The notes under the pieces are model-generated. The model was not told the origin of the DNA. It did no database searches and saw nothing but the letters and a program-made list of their open reading frames with translations. This document shows, in pieces, positions 16,959 through 26,480 of a stretch of 64,000 bases of DNA. The position numbers and the translations under genes are program-made. Origin of the DNA: a virus (taxonomy: Duplodnaviria; Caudoviricetes); the IMG/VR virus record IMGVR_UViG_3300017951_000001, positions 1 through 64,000 of that record. One strand, 5' to 3'. Numbering within the stretch: the first letter of the stretch is position 1; the number at the start of each line of letters is the position of its first letter.

Positions 16959-17773
16959 AAGCCCTTTTTGCTGCCGGCAGCCGAAAGTGAAGATTCCCGG
17001 ATGAGGAAAAGTGTGCTTTCCCGGGGTTGGAATTCCGGGGAAAGTTGAGTTCCTAAAACCCAACGGAAAGTAGTTGTCGCAAAACTAAACTTTGAAAGTG
17101 AAAGAAAAAGTGAGTTGAAAAGTAACCTTGCAGAATCAGTTCGCAGTTCAAGTTGAAACTTGACTGGAGTTGAGGCACGACTTCGAGTTGAGTTACGAGT
17201 TGGAAGTGCACGACTTCCAGCCCGAAGTTCAGTTTGAAAGTCCAACCTGCAAGTTGTGGAAGTTCAACTTGAAAGTCCAATGGAGTTTCGAATCGAGTAA
17301 CTTTTCGAGTTCCTTTTGAAGTGACTTCGAGTTCCATAAGTGGCACTCGAATCAGGTTGATTTTGTTTTCGCTTGCACATTCCGCGTATGCAATGCGAGT
17401 CGCGATTGAACCTTACTGCCCGCACTTGCCTTTTGCATACCAATGGCAGTAAAATCAAAAGGTTGCTTTACCGCACTCGACGAGAACGGGAAGCGAGTTT
17501 GAAGGCCCGGGAGTGTGCAGGCGAGTCCGTACTTGACTGACAACTGGAGTGCAAAGCCGAGTTCGATTCCTGCTCGAATTGGTTTTGGGAACGACTTGAT
17601 GCAGCGACTCGACGGAGGTCTGGACTCGGCCGGAAACCGCAGGTTTTAATCCGATTTGCTTTTCGCTGATCGGTTTTCCGGGAACCCGGCCGAAGTCGAG
17701 TTCGAGTTCCGAGTCGCAGTCAGTTTAGAAGCCAAAAGCGATACTGGCTTTTAGGACGGCACCGGAAAGTAGT

Positions 17774-17816
17774 CATAGTTTCTAGCGGTCATAGTTTCTA
17801 GTAACCATAGTTTTTA
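17774..17816 (+). repeat. CATAGTTTCT array 1 (3 copies, 16-bp period)
   Basis: Copies at 17774, 17790 and 17806 (the last is CATAGTTTTT). Confidence 0.85.
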
Positions 17817-17875
17817 GGGACTCATTTTTACTTTCATCTGAAATTCCTTTCGACTAAAACCTTTGTTTGAAGCAA

Positions 17876-17901
17876 AGCAAAACCCGGGCATAACGCCCGG
17901 G
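17876..17901 (-). terminator. Intrinsic terminator
   Basis: CCCGGGC-ATAAC-GCCCGGG with A-rich flank, downstream of 17915..18169. Confidence 0.65.
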
Positions 17902-17914
17902 CCTGCGACGCAGG

Positions 17915-18169
17915 TTAATCGAAATGACGATCGAGGGCTTCGGCCGTCACGCAGGCAAAGCCGTTTCCGTCCAGCGTTTTCAAATCCAACGCCACCCGAC
18001 CATCAGGATTAATCCTGATTGACTCGATTCGAACAAGGTCGCCGACCTTGATAACGCCATAAGCAGGATGGCGGAATTCCGACTTTGCCTTGAACGCATC
18101 GCCAACGGCGAGCCCTTTCCAATGGGAAGGGAAGGTGCATTCGCTGATTGTAAAACGCCTCATTTTCAC
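17915..18169 (-). CDS. Small hypothetical protein (SH3-like beta-rich pattern)
   Basis: 84 aa; followed by a terminator. Confidence 0.5.
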   Translation of the reverse strand: MKMRRFTISECTFPSHWKGLAVGDAFKAKSEFRHPAYGVIKVGDLVRIESIRINPDGRVALDLKTLDGNGFACVTAEALDRHFD

Positions 18170-18267
18170 CTTCGCTTTCGTAGTTTCTCAAGCTCAGCCC
18201 GGCAGGCTTTGCAAAGCCTGCCGGACATTGTTCGTACAGCACAGCATGTACACATGGGCGGAATCCC

Positions 18268-18480
18268 TTAGTAGTAAATGTGGCTGTACGTATCGCCGCA
18301 CCGGCTGCACGTGAATGTATCGCTGCCGGATTCGGGACCTGCGACGGTGTCGCATTCCCACGTGCAGCTGGTGCAGGGCGTGACCGGGATTCCCTGGACG
18401 TACAAAACGGCATCAGTATCCAGCAAAACAAGCTCGACAATGTTCGAGCCCTGTTGTAATGTTTCCAGCTTTTTGGCCAT
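18268..18480 (-). CDS. Small zinc-ribbon protein
   Basis: MAKKLETLQQGS...CTSC...CSRCG. Confidence 0.55.
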   Translation of the reverse strand: MAKKLETLQQGSNIVELVLLDTDAVLYVQGIPVTPCTSCTWECDTVAGPESGSDTFTCSRCGDTYSHIYY

Positions 18481-18663
18481 TTTGATTTTCCTCGCGGTTG
18501 TTGCGGGGAGGCTCATCCCCCCCGCGATCACGTAACGCGGGAGTGGTTATCGTGCAACCACTTTGATCGGAAGTGCAATTTCAACATAAGTACTCATTGG
18601 CTTTGGCTTCCACTGAAAGACTAATCGGCGAAGACCCCGGACAATTGGGCGCGATCGTCTGGT

Positions 18664-18692
18664 TTGCACGTAACACGCTACACGGTTACGTG
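18664..18692 (+). promoter_or_regulatory. Sigma70-like early promoter TTGCAC-N17-TACGTG
   Basis: Same spacing and -10 box as promoters at 19668 and 40694; followed by hairpin GTGCGG-GGGA-TCCGCAC and CAACCACGGAGC leader. Confidence 0.6.
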
Positions 18693-18735
18693 ATCCATGT
18701 GCGGGGGATCCGCACGCACAACCACGGAGCAAAAA

Positions 18736-18840
18736 ATGAAAAACCCGAATTTGAAAATTGCGCTGGAAATTGCGGCCACATGGGCTGCGATGTGGGTCCT
18801 GTTGTACGCGGCACAAATCGCTCGCATCATCGGGGGCTAA
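18736..18840 (+). CDS. Small hydrophobic peptide (34 aa)
   Basis: MKNPNLKIALEIAATWAAMWVLLYAAQIARIIGG directly after the GGAGC leader. Confidence 0.5.
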   Translation: MKNPNLKIALEIAATWAAMWVLLYAAQIARIIGG

Positions 18841-18903
18841 CATGATTTCGCTTTCCCGAAACCAAATCATCAATGACGCTTCCGCTTCGCGTGGACGTCG
18901 CCG

Positions 18904-19308
18904 ATGATTCGCGTCCAGCTAATCGACCTGCACCGTGTGCCATATTACGGCCGGGTGCAGGTGTATGACGATGACGTGGTTTGCTACCACGTCGTCGGCA
19001 GGGACGGGGCCGGCTTGACCGGCCCTTTTCGCTACGACACCCGAGACGAAGCCATTCGCGCTGCAATCCGTTGGGCTGTGGTAGCCGTTTACAACAATTG
19101 GGAGGGGACCGTCATCGCCACTGCGGTCGGGTTGGACAAAACGACTAACATCGCCGACCAGTACGGTGCGCTGTGCGCTTTGGCGCGCAACCCGAGACTC
19201 GCTGATGCGCAGGACGTGTTCAAGCTGGTTGAGGAAAATCCCGACATCACTCTCCGCGGAAATGGCGGAGCCCTTGAAATCACGCTGTGGGTTGATGACC
19301 ATGAATAA
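18904..19308 (+). CDS. Hypothetical early protein
   Basis: 134 aa, overlaps next gene. Confidence 0.55.
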   Translation: MIRVQLIDLHRVPYYGRVQVYDDDVVCYHVVGRDGAGLTGPFRYDTRDEAIRAAIRWAVVAVYNNWEGTVIATAVGLDKTTNIADQYGALCALARNPRLADAQDVFKLVEENPDITLRGNGGALEITLWVDDHE

Positions 19309-19606
19309 GCCGAAATTCCGAAAAACCTCGATCGGGGTCGACCCCGAGGACTTTGGCAGGAACAGGAAAGTTCTGTTCATTGCCACAGCCAATGAAACTG
19401 CCAATGAAACTGCGCAGTTCGTAGACTGTGACGCGTTGTACTACGCGTTCAACGGACAACGCCGTGAGCGGCTTCCCCGCTGCGCCGGATGCCGTTTGCC
19501 TTTGGCTACCAGCGTGCGGATCACAATCCCTGCCCTGGGTGGAACAGTCAATTGTGAATGTTGGCTATATGGCTTGCCCGTGGAGGGTTTGCCCGAAGAA
19601 CTGTAA
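19301..19606 (+). CDS. Hypothetical Cys-containing protein
   Basis: MNKPKFRK start; CAGC and CEC motifs. Confidence 0.5.
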   Translation: MNKPKFRKTSIGVDPEDFGRNRKVLFIATANETANETAQFVDCDALYYAFNGQRRERLPRCAGCRLPLATSVRITIPALGGTVNCECWLYGLPVEGLPEEL

Positions 19607-19667
19607 TCAACGGTTCTAACCCGGTTAGCCCGCGGATTAACCGGTTTTTAAGACCAAAAGATAGGGT

Positions 19668-19696
19668 TTGTCCGATAACGCTGATCGTGTTACGTG
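19668..19696 (+). promoter_or_regulatory. Sigma70-like early promoter TTGTCC-N17-TACGTG
   Basis: Exact 17-bp spacing; leader CACAACCACGGGAGC before ATG 19743. Confidence 0.6.
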
Positions 19697-19742
19697 GATC
19701 GTGGGTCGGCGGTCGGCCCAAAACACAACCACGGGAGCAAAA

Positions 19743-20123
19743 ATGCGCTATGTATTGGTGATGGAATTGGACAATTGGGAGGATCCCGCTGCATTCGGAA
19801 CCCGGTGTAGCGAAACCGGCGATGAAATTTTGCTGGGTTTTTTGACCCAGCGGGATGACGGGCTGGTTACCATGCGGGACGCGCAGCCCATCCCGGACGG
19901 AATCGGCTACCCCACGTTGGGCGCAGCGATTGACGCCGCATCCGGGTTCGCAGCGTTTTGGGGCGAAAACGCTTTCATGGATGAACCGATGCATCCCGGA
20001 ATGCAGCGCGGCCGCGCACGCGCTGCGGCGCGCATTTGGGATACCCAAAACAACATCGTAGCGGAATACGCTATGACGTTCGCGCCCGCAACCATCCCCA
20101 CAACGAAATCGTGGGAGGACTAA
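19743..20123 (+). CDS. Hypothetical early protein
   Basis: MRYVLVMELDNW after promoter and leader motif. Confidence 0.65.
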   Translation: MRYVLVMELDNWEDPAAFGTRCSETGDEILLGFLTQRDDGLVTMRDAQPIPDGIGYPTLGAAIDAASGFAAFWGENAFMDEPMHPGMQRGRARAAARIWDTQNNIVAEYAMTFAPATIPTTKSWED

Positions 20124-20597
20124 CCACGGCATGAAGCCTGCGGTCAATCCGCAGGTTTCATTTTACCCCCGAAATGCAGGACTTTTGGAACTGTACTGGG
20201 CATCAAAGGACTTTGAAAGCCCGAAAAGGGCTTTGACCACAGTGAAAAGGGCTTTGGGTCGCAGCGGAAAGGCAGAAGTGCTTTCAACGAACCTTTCACA
20301 GCCGCAGCCGATTTTGCCTGCAAAGCCGCAGGTTCCCAACCAAAGCGCTTTGCACAACCAAGGGCTATTCCCGGAGCGCTACGGTTGACCAACTAAAGGT
20401 TCCCGAGTGAGTGCCTTTCCCGAACTGGCAGATTCCCGGGCGAGATTCCCGAGTGCTAATTTCCCACAGTTTGGATTTGTTTCCGCCGAGGACTTTATTT
20501 TCCCGGGGCCAGTTGTTTGCCGAATTCATTTTGTGTTGACCGAACACAGAACACGGAACAACAGAAGCGATCAGTGCTATACATTATTTGATTTCTT

Positions 20598-20810
20598 TCA
20601 AATTCCAGTTGTCGTGTTTCGACCGGCACAACTCGGTAACTCCCGATCGGTTAGTTCAGTTGTTATAACCCCACACCGGGTGCAGTTTAGTTTATTTGTT
20701 TGCTTTGAAAACAAGTGTTTTTGGCATCGCCGCGTAGAACGGTTTCTGACGCGCCCACCAGACCAGACGTGCCGGCATACCGGGTCGGTCGCTGAAACGT
20801 TTTCTCGCAC
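20598..20810 (-). CDS. Small zinc-finger-like protein
   Basis: CRH...CQKH...CTRCG; directly follows 20814..21041. Confidence 0.35.
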   Translation of the reverse strand: MRENVSATDPVCRHVWSGGRVRNRSTRRCQKHLFSKQTNKLNCTRCGVITTELTDRELPSCAGRNTTTGI

Positions 20811-20813
20811 CGT

Positions 20814-21041
20814 TTACGGAACCTCGTTGGGGTCCTTGTCCGCACCCGTCCGGGGCCCATCAGATTCCACAACTCCCAGCCGTTGGTACGTGGCTACGAT
20901 GTACCCTCGCCCGTTGCAACGCAGGCAATGTTTGAACGTGTCGTAGTCGGAGTGGATTTCGCAATCGAAATACTCATAACCAGTAGCATCACACGCACGG
21001 CACATCAGGTGAAACCTGATTATCGCTGGGCGTGGAGACAT
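20814..21041 (-). CDS. DnaJ-type CxxCxGxG zinc-finger protein
   Basis: CRACDATG...CLRCNGRG; start uncertain. Confidence 0.5.
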   Translation of the reverse strand: MSPRPAIIRFHLMCRACDATGYEYFDCEIHSDYDTFKHCLRCNGRGYIVATYQRLGVVESDGPRTGADKDPNEVP

Positions 21042-21110
21042 GAGTGAATCTATTACCTCTGCTACTTCGCATTTCAAGTATCATATATTCGATTACTCCG
21101 TTACGCCCTA

Positions 21111-21260
21111 AACCCATAGTTTCTAAACCCATAGTTTCTAAACCCATAGTTTCTAAACCCATAGTTTCTAAACCCATAGTTTCTAAACCCATAGTTTCTA
21201 AACCCATAGTTTCTATGACCATAGTTTCTAAACCCATAGTTTCTGCGCCCATAGTTTCTG
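21111..21260 (+). repeat. CATAGTTTCT array 2 (10 tandem copies of 15-bp AACCCATAGTTTCTA)
   Basis: Counted directly; copies 8 and 10 vary in the 4-5 bp linker. Confidence 0.95.
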
Positions 21261-21273
21261 AAACGAGGTACAC

Positions 21274-21591
21274 ATGTCTCACTGGAACGATGCAACTCGA
21301 AGTGCAATCGAAGGGTATCCACACAACCGATACCTTAAAATTGAGGCAGGTGAAACGACCGCTTTGCTCACAATCAGTTTGTCTGCACAAGCCGCAGTGC
21401 ATCACGTTTTCTGTGAATCACACACAGGTGACTCGACCCTCACGTTGCCGGCGTCGAGCGGAGGTCAGACGATTCATATCCACAATAATCGCTATGTGGA
21501 CTTCGACTTCAAGGGTTTGCTTACCGGAGGCGATTTCATCATCGACGGAACCGGTGTGCATTACCTGATCAGCTATGTTCTTCCGTTCTGA
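21274..21591 (+). CDS. Hypothetical protein
   Basis: GAGG RBS just after array 2; 105 aa. Confidence 0.55.
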   Translation: MSHWNDATRSAIEGYPHNRYLKIEAGETTALLTISLSAQAAVHHVFCESHTGDSTLTLPASSGGQTIHIHNNRYVDFDFKGLLTGGDFIIDGTGVHYLISYVLPF

Positions 21592-21745
21592 AGAAGAAAT
21601 ACAACTGTCGGAGCGATGCCAGTCACCAGTACAATGGTTGACATCAGGATGAAGTAGTTAAGCGTTACGAACCCGCTTCCCAGCGGGGAGGGTGCCTCGA
21701 CGGGTCCGCTCGCTACTGGCTCACCCCGACAGTTGCATTTGAAAC

Positions 21746-21916
21746 TTATTCTTCTGAAGTCGCTGTTCTTTGGAGCTTTACGACAAGTTCATCGAGCAAT
21801 GTTAGCGATTCGACCGCTTCGCGATGTTCAAGTTTGATGAACTCGGTCTCGATAAAAGTCGTCTTCAACAAGGTATCAAGAGCTTTCTTGATTTTCGCAG
21901 CGTGTTCTGTTTCCAT
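21746..21916 (-). CDS. Small hypothetical protein
   Basis: METEHAAK after CAACCCGGAGCAACC leader and TTGAAA-N17-TAACAT promoter. Confidence 0.55.
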   Translation of the reverse strand: METEHAAKIKKALDTLLKTTFIETEFIKLEHREAVESLTLLDELVVKLQRTATSEE

Positions 21917-21976
21917 GGTTGCTCCGGGTTGGCTCAACCATGTTAACATGGAACGGGTAACCTTTCAACGACTAAT

Positions 21977-22210
21977 TTATGCTTCTCCTGGCTCAATGTT
22001 CATCGACCAAACTTGACTTTCGGCTTCGGCTTTCTTGTCTCGGTCGAACCCTGCTTCGATATATTCGAGAATGTCTTGGACTGTTTCGAAGTTGTTCGCA
22101 ACCAGAACAAGCAAACTGTCTTGGTTGCATAAGTACACTCGGAGGTCTTCATCTCCGATGCTACTCGCTAGGACTTCAACAGCGCTTTCACAAAGGTCGG
22201 GTGCCTTCAT
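21977..22210 (-). CDS. Small acidic hypothetical protein
   Basis: 77 aa, directly downstream of the glycosyltransferase. Confidence 0.5.
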   Translation of the reverse strand: MKAPDLCESAVEVLASSIGDEDLRVYLCNQDSLLVLVANNFETVQDILEYIEAGFDRDKKAEAESQVWSMNIEPGEA

Positions 22211-22218
22211 CTTTGCTC

Positions 22219-23655
22219 CTATGACCTATTGAAAGCATACACGAATTGCCTGCCGCCTCGGACTCGAATGCTTCCTCCGAACCTCCGAACCATTCGGCTT
22301 GCTCTGGACATGGGACAACTTTGGGCCCCGAATGGACCTTTACCATTCACTTTGAGTTTCATTAGTGCTTTGTAAAATTCAGTAAACGGCTGACCGTGGT
22401 GTGCGATCAGGCATTCAGCGAAAGCTTCTTTGTTCCCATCTTTCGGAGTCCAAACGCGCTCTGCATCTAACCTTTCGAACAACTCGCTGTATTGTTCTGC
22501 CCAAAGACGAGAATTGAAGGTTGAACGCACGTAATCGCTTACGACTCTTCCCCAGTGTTTTCTTTCTCGCTCAACCGTCAACAATCGCCTCAACATGGCT
22601 TTGCACTCTGAAGCATCATCGAACAGGTAAGGGTAATTGGTTGTGGCTCGGCCCGTGATCTCGGGGAAAGTACAATCGTTGGGAGCCACCAACGGCTGAC
22701 CCAATGCCATTGATTCCACTGCGCTGATGCAGAACGTCTCATACATCGAGTGCGTCACGTTCAAGTCGCATCCACGAAGTGCTTCAAGATATTCGTCGCG
22801 TGTTCTGACGAGGCAAATCTCTGCCCAAGGATATTGAGCAAGATATGCAGTGTTTTCTCTGTTGGTGTTCATGTAGCGAAGTTTGAACTTTACTCCTTCC
22901 TGGTAAAGTTCATCCAACACCTGCATGGTGTCTCGCCAGCGTTTATACCCCTGCAATCTGTGATTGTAAGCAATTACAGGCACTTCATTGCCGGTCTCGT
23001 GGTACTCAAGTGATTGTTCAAGTGTACCTAAATAAATCCGGCTTCCAGATTGCTCAATTTTCTGAACTAGGTCTGGATGAAGTGCCTCCCGGCAGTTGTC
23101 GAGAACAAGAGTCCGAGTGTAATCGGAGTTGTAGACATTCCAGTCGGCCAGGATTGTTCCATTCAGTTGAGTCCACCAAACGTTCGCCATAGCGTCGACG
23201 TTGTAGGGAAGGGATTTGTGAATGGTGTAGTTGTGTGCTGCAACGACAACAGGTTTGAACGTATCGTTGTAGGAACTGTCCCCACTGAACTTGATGTTTC
23301 CTGCCATCTCTACGAGATTGCACCAAGCTACATCAATTGCTACGCTCCGAAAGAGTTTGTCGTACCAGATCGAGTCAAAGTGAACAGCCCCTCCGTGCCG
23401 ACGGGGATTCATGCGCTGTGAGACCCGCGTCACATTAGGCAACGAGAAAAAGCCGTCGTCGTCGTATTTGAACTTGCTCTTTGAGTCAGGGAAAGGAACC
23501 CAAAAATGCCAGTCGGGTCTTACCTCTGCCATTGCGCGGACAAAAGCAGAAGTAAGGACATAGTTACTGTCACTGTTTACTTCTGCTTTCGAGAACATGT
23601 ACTGGCACCAAACTTGGAGCCCGCCAACTCGGTCTTCCACCCATTCCAACGTCAT
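22219..23655 (-). CDS. GT-B fold glycosyltransferase (GT4-like)
   Basis: IAYNHRLQGYK, SMYETFCISAVESMALGQPLVAP (E-x7-E), about 70-aa basic C-terminal extension. Confidence 0.8.
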   Translation of the reverse strand: MTLEWVEDRVGGLQVWCQYMFSKAEVNSDSNYVLTSAFVRAMAEVRPDWHFWVPFPDSKSKFKYDDDGFFSLPNVTRVSQRMNPRRHGGAVHFDSIWYDKLFRSVAIDVAWCNLVEMAGNIKFSGDSSYNDTFKPVVVAAHNYTIHKSLPYNVDAMANVWWTQLNGTILADWNVYNSDYTRTLVLDNCREALHPDLVQKIEQSGSRIYLGTLEQSLEYHETGNEVPVIAYNHRLQGYKRWRDTMQVLDELYQEGVKFKLRYMNTNRENTAYLAQYPWAEICLVRTRDEYLEALRGCDLNVTHSMYETFCISAVESMALGQPLVAPNDCTFPEITGRATTNYPYLFDDASECKAMLRRLLTVERERKHWGRVVSDYVRSTFNSRLWAEQYSELFERLDAERVWTPKDGNKEAFAECLIAHHGQPFTEFYKALMKLKVNGKGPFGAQSCPMSRASRMVRRFGGSIRVRGGRQFVYAFNRS

Positions 23656-24248
23656 TTTGCCTGCACCTTTAACTTCAGTCCGTGTTCGTTCGCGAAGGCG
23701 ATAACAAGCGATTTGAGTTGTGGGTCGTTCGCTAAATCAGGAGGCCCCGTAAGAATAAACGAAAAGGACTTTGCATCAGCGAATTGTGTATCACTGGCAA
23801 AGTCCCCGTCGTCCTCGTCGTCTTCATCAAACAACTCGAAGACCGAGTCAGCGTTTTGCATGAGGTCTTCGAGTTCTTGTGTTGAGAACCCGAGGTTGTG
23901 CAGTTCCGTTGAGGATTCTTGGAGATCGGAAAGGATCTTACTCAATGTAGGGTCATCCCACATTGCTAATTCGCCGATCTTGTTATCCGCCAATGCAAGT
24001 GCTTTTGCTTCATCAACTGTCAGATCCAAGAACCGAACAGGAACCTGTTCCATACCCAGAGAAAGCGCTGCTTTGAGTCGCGTATGACCTGCAATGACCA
24101 TGTTGTCTGCACGGCGAGCAACAATCGGTGCAGCAAAGCCGAATCTCCGGATTGAGTCTGCGACAGGTTCAATGGATTGTTGATTGATTCTCGGGTTTTC
24201 GTCCCAAGGGACTAACGAATTGGGATCGACGAATTCTGCTGCTTCCAT
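23652..24248 (-). CDS. ParB/Srx N-terminal domain protein 1
   Basis: LVPWDENPR...SIRRFGFAAPIV...VIAGHTRLKAA...ALALADNK; ATGA-coupled to the GT. Confidence 0.85.
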   Translation of the reverse strand: MEAAEFVDPNSLVPWDENPRINQQSIEPVADSIRRFGFAAPIVARRADNMVIAGHTRLKAALSLGMEQVPVRFLDLTVDEAKALALADNKIGELAMWDDPTLSKILSDLQESSTELHNLGFSTQELEDLMQNADSVFELFDEDDEDDGDFASDTQFADAKSFSFILTGPPDLANDPQLKSLVIAFANEHGLKLKVQAK

Positions 24249-24347
24249 TGGTGACACCTCATTGCGTTTCTGGGGACGTTGCCGATTCACGGGCACCGAA
24301 CCATGGACCCACACCGGAAAACGCCTGATACATGCGTTTCTGAAACC

Positions 24348-24995
24348 TCATGCGTCGGTTACGGGGATCCGTTCCGGGGCACCGTCAGCGGTGGGCGCGA
24401 GTTCATTTTCAAGCGAAAATGCATCGCCGATGGCTTCATGTACACCGATCAAATCTCCGCTTGTTCCTACCACAGAGCCATTGAACGTGTGAACTTTGCT
24501 GGGTACTTTGGCTCGGCCGGAAATGAACTCACGCCCGAGGTTCGTTGCCCGATAATACCCTGGGCTGTCCGGTTTCCGTTCAACGAGCCCCCACCAACAT
24601 AAAGTCGGGTGTTGATTTGTCTTTACAAGCCAACGCGGACCTTCTTCTGGCACATGAATCCAGTCATCCGATTGTTGGCAAAGCCAGATCAACGATTTGA
24701 CTCGGTTGGCATTGAGTCGATTACCGTATCGCTTCACGAACCGACCACAGCACGGACAATCAACGCCTTTTGCTGCGCCTGCCATTGTTTCAACGTGAGC
24801 CAAACGCAAGGTCGGCCCCCGTTGAAGCCATTCCAACCGAAGCGTTTGTTTCACTTGTTCGAATTGTGCTTCGTCGAAGTGTTGTAGACCTTCGTTGTTG
24901 AGCCAAACAATCGCAGAATCTAGTTGTTCATCTCGAAGCGTTGATGCATCGGACGAACCGTCGAGCAAACCCAACAGCCAGCCCTTTTTACCCAT
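24348..24995 (-). CDS. Hypothetical protein with zinc ribbon
   Basis: CPCCGR motif; start MGKKGW. Confidence 0.6.
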   Translation of the reverse strand: MGKKGWLLGLLDGSSDASTLRDEQLDSAIVWLNNEGLQHFDEAQFEQVKQTLRLEWLQRGPTLRLAHVETMAGAAKGVDCPCCGRFVKRYGNRLNANRVKSLIWLCQQSDDWIHVPEEGPRWLVKTNQHPTLCWWGLVERKPDSPGYYRATNLGREFISGRAKVPSKVHTFNGSVVGTSGDLIGVHEAIGDAFSLENELAPTADGAPERIPVTDA

Positions 24996-25305
24996 CGTAT
25001 TCCTCCAAAACAGTGCGAACGATTTGGAGGGAATTAGGTTCGAAGATGATCTTCGAGCCGGTAACATGAAGTAAATAGTGGATAACCCACCAAGGGGGTC
25101 GGCGACCGTCAGACCCGGAGGCCCATTGACTTACATGTTGGGGAAGGACAGTCCGTCCGGATGCCGACAACGTTTCGGCTAACCCGGTCGACGTGCGACG
25201 CTCCCCTTCGGGCGCTTCGGACAACCAAATGTTTCGCAAAGCAGAAAAGATTTGATTCCGAGGAGGTTCGCTCCCCGGAACTGCGAATGCAGGAAAGTCT
25301 TCCAT
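24988..25305 (-). CDS. Cro/HTH-like transcriptional regulator
   Basis: STGLAETL...VLPQHVSQWASG..RRPPW. Confidence 0.5.
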   Translation of the reverse strand: MEDFPAFAVPGSEPPRNQIFSALRNIWLSEAPEGERRTSTGLAETLSASGRTVLPQHVSQWASGSDGRRPPWWVIHYLLHVTGSKIIFEPNSLQIVRTVLEEYDG

Positions 25306-25328
25306 TTTTCACCCCTTTGTGTTGGTGG

Positions 25329-26480
25329 TCATACGACCACCTTCAATTCAGTATCCAAATTAACGTACAAGTGAGCATGGTGCTTTATCTCGTCGCAGAA
25401 TGCCCCGCCATTGATAGCGAGAGCGAACAACCGCGCGTCGGCGGCTTCGAAGGCTTCCCGCCAACCGACCGACACCTCGCCGAGCCCATCGGTGATAATC
25501 ATAATATCGCCTTTGTCGGTTAGGTATTGTACCGAAGTTTGAATTGCTTTGTGCAGGTTTGTTGTTCCCCGGGCCGACAACCGTTGCAAGGCCAATACGC
25601 CTTCGGGGGTGTTTTCGATCGGATCGTGGACCCGACCCGAAAAGGGAAGCACGATGCATCGCCGGTTCTGCATCGTAGCGCGAAGCATTGTGGCCAATGC
25701 CACAGCCTTCGCGCGGTCGAAGGGGTCACCCCGCATTGACGATGAAACGTCGAGCAGCAAGACGATGTCGCCTCGGCCCGATTTTTGGGAGCCGGTGAAT
25801 TTGAAAACCTCGGCCCGGTTTTCGATGATTTTTTGAAGGACAATGTCCTCCATGATTTCAATCCCAAGCTGGCTGCGCAACATCGGTAGCAGATGCGCGA
25901 TATTGTTTCCGAGCGTTGTGGACGTGATTTCCTCGATCACAGTGTCCACCGTGATTGTTTTATCGCCGTCAGCGAGCAATCCGCCGACGAGGTCGAGGAT
26001 CCGTCGGAATGCTTCGTCCGAGGCGATTTGTTCAATAATTTCGGAGCGAATCGGGTCGCCCGGTTCGCCCAGCATATCGGTTGCTCCACCGAATGATGCG
26101 ACAGCAAATTTTGCTTTTTGCATTTTGTCGGCCGTTTCGCGGAGCCGACCGCGAATGCGGGCAGCGCGGAGGTTATCCGCCATATCGTCATCCAGCGGGG
26201 TATCGAAGCCCGCCATCAAACCCGCCGTAGCCAAAGCCGAAAGGTCGGCATCCCCCGCGACGGTGGTTTGGAGTTCATCCCATTCCGCGCATTCGAGCGC
26301 TTCATGGGACGAAGCCGTGTGATCCGGTTCCCCCGCAGGGGCGTCCTCGAACAACCGCGCGAACACCTGCGCGGGGAACGCCTCGTCGGGGAGGTGTGCG
26401 TCGCGAACAGCGTCTGCGATAGCGGGACGACCGGAGCGGTCATCCCACAACAAATTGGAAAGCAGCGAAGGTTTGTACAT
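25329..26480 (-). CDS. VWA (MIDAS) domain protein, ViaA-like
   Basis: LLLDVSSSMRG (DxSxS), ARGTTN, MIITDG; start reassigned to ATG 26480 after the leader motif. Confidence 0.85.
   Translation of the reverse strand: MYKPSLLSNLLWDDRSGRPAIADAVRDAHLPDEAFPAQVFARLFEDAPAGEPDHTASSHEALECAEWDELQTTVAGDADLSALATAGLMAGFDTPLDDDMADNLRAARIRGRLRETADKMQKAKFAVASFGGATDMLGEPGDPIRSEIIEQIASDEAFRRILDLVGGLLADGDKTITVDTVIEEITSTTLGNNIAHLLPMLRSQLGIEIMEDIVLQKIIENRAEVFKFTGSQKSGRGDIVLLLDVSSSMRGDPFDRAKAVALATMLRATMQNRRCIVLPFSGRVHDPIENTPEGVLALQRLSARGTTNLHKAIQTSVQYLTDKGDIMIITDGLGEVSVGWREAFEAADARLFALAINGGAFCDEIKHHAHLYVNLDTELKVVV

Noticed and set aside
13934-17048. About 20 overlapping ORFs on both strands (e.g. 14425..15702 +, 14810..15571 +, 15068..15988 -, 16581..17048 +)
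   Set aside because: These are shadow frames: high GC and the absence of AG remove TAG and most other stops. Only 14632..15633 (-) has a leader, a promoter-like box and terminators
17500-17580. tRNA-like GAGTTCGATTCC T-loop sequence
   Set aside because: The flanks do not form a T stem or acceptor stem; no anticodon arm
20131-20946. ORFs 20131..20388 and 20407..20946 (+)
   Set aside because: Low-complexity, motif-laden sequence with no recognisable domain; 20407..20946 overlaps more plausible minus-strand zinc-finger genes
21111-21260. CRISPR array interpretation of the CATAGTTTCT arrays
   Set aside because: The repeat is 10-11 bp with 4-6 bp linkers, far below CRISPR repeat and spacer sizes; no cas operon (the Cas4-like nuclease sits in the recombination module)
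20989-21568. ORFs with PIVSK / ETMGL / RNYGF repeats over array 2, and similar ORFs at 32047-32418
   Set aside because: All frames stay open only because the 15-bp DNA repeat lacks stops in them; there is no RBS and the same core occurs in clearly non-coding context at 17774
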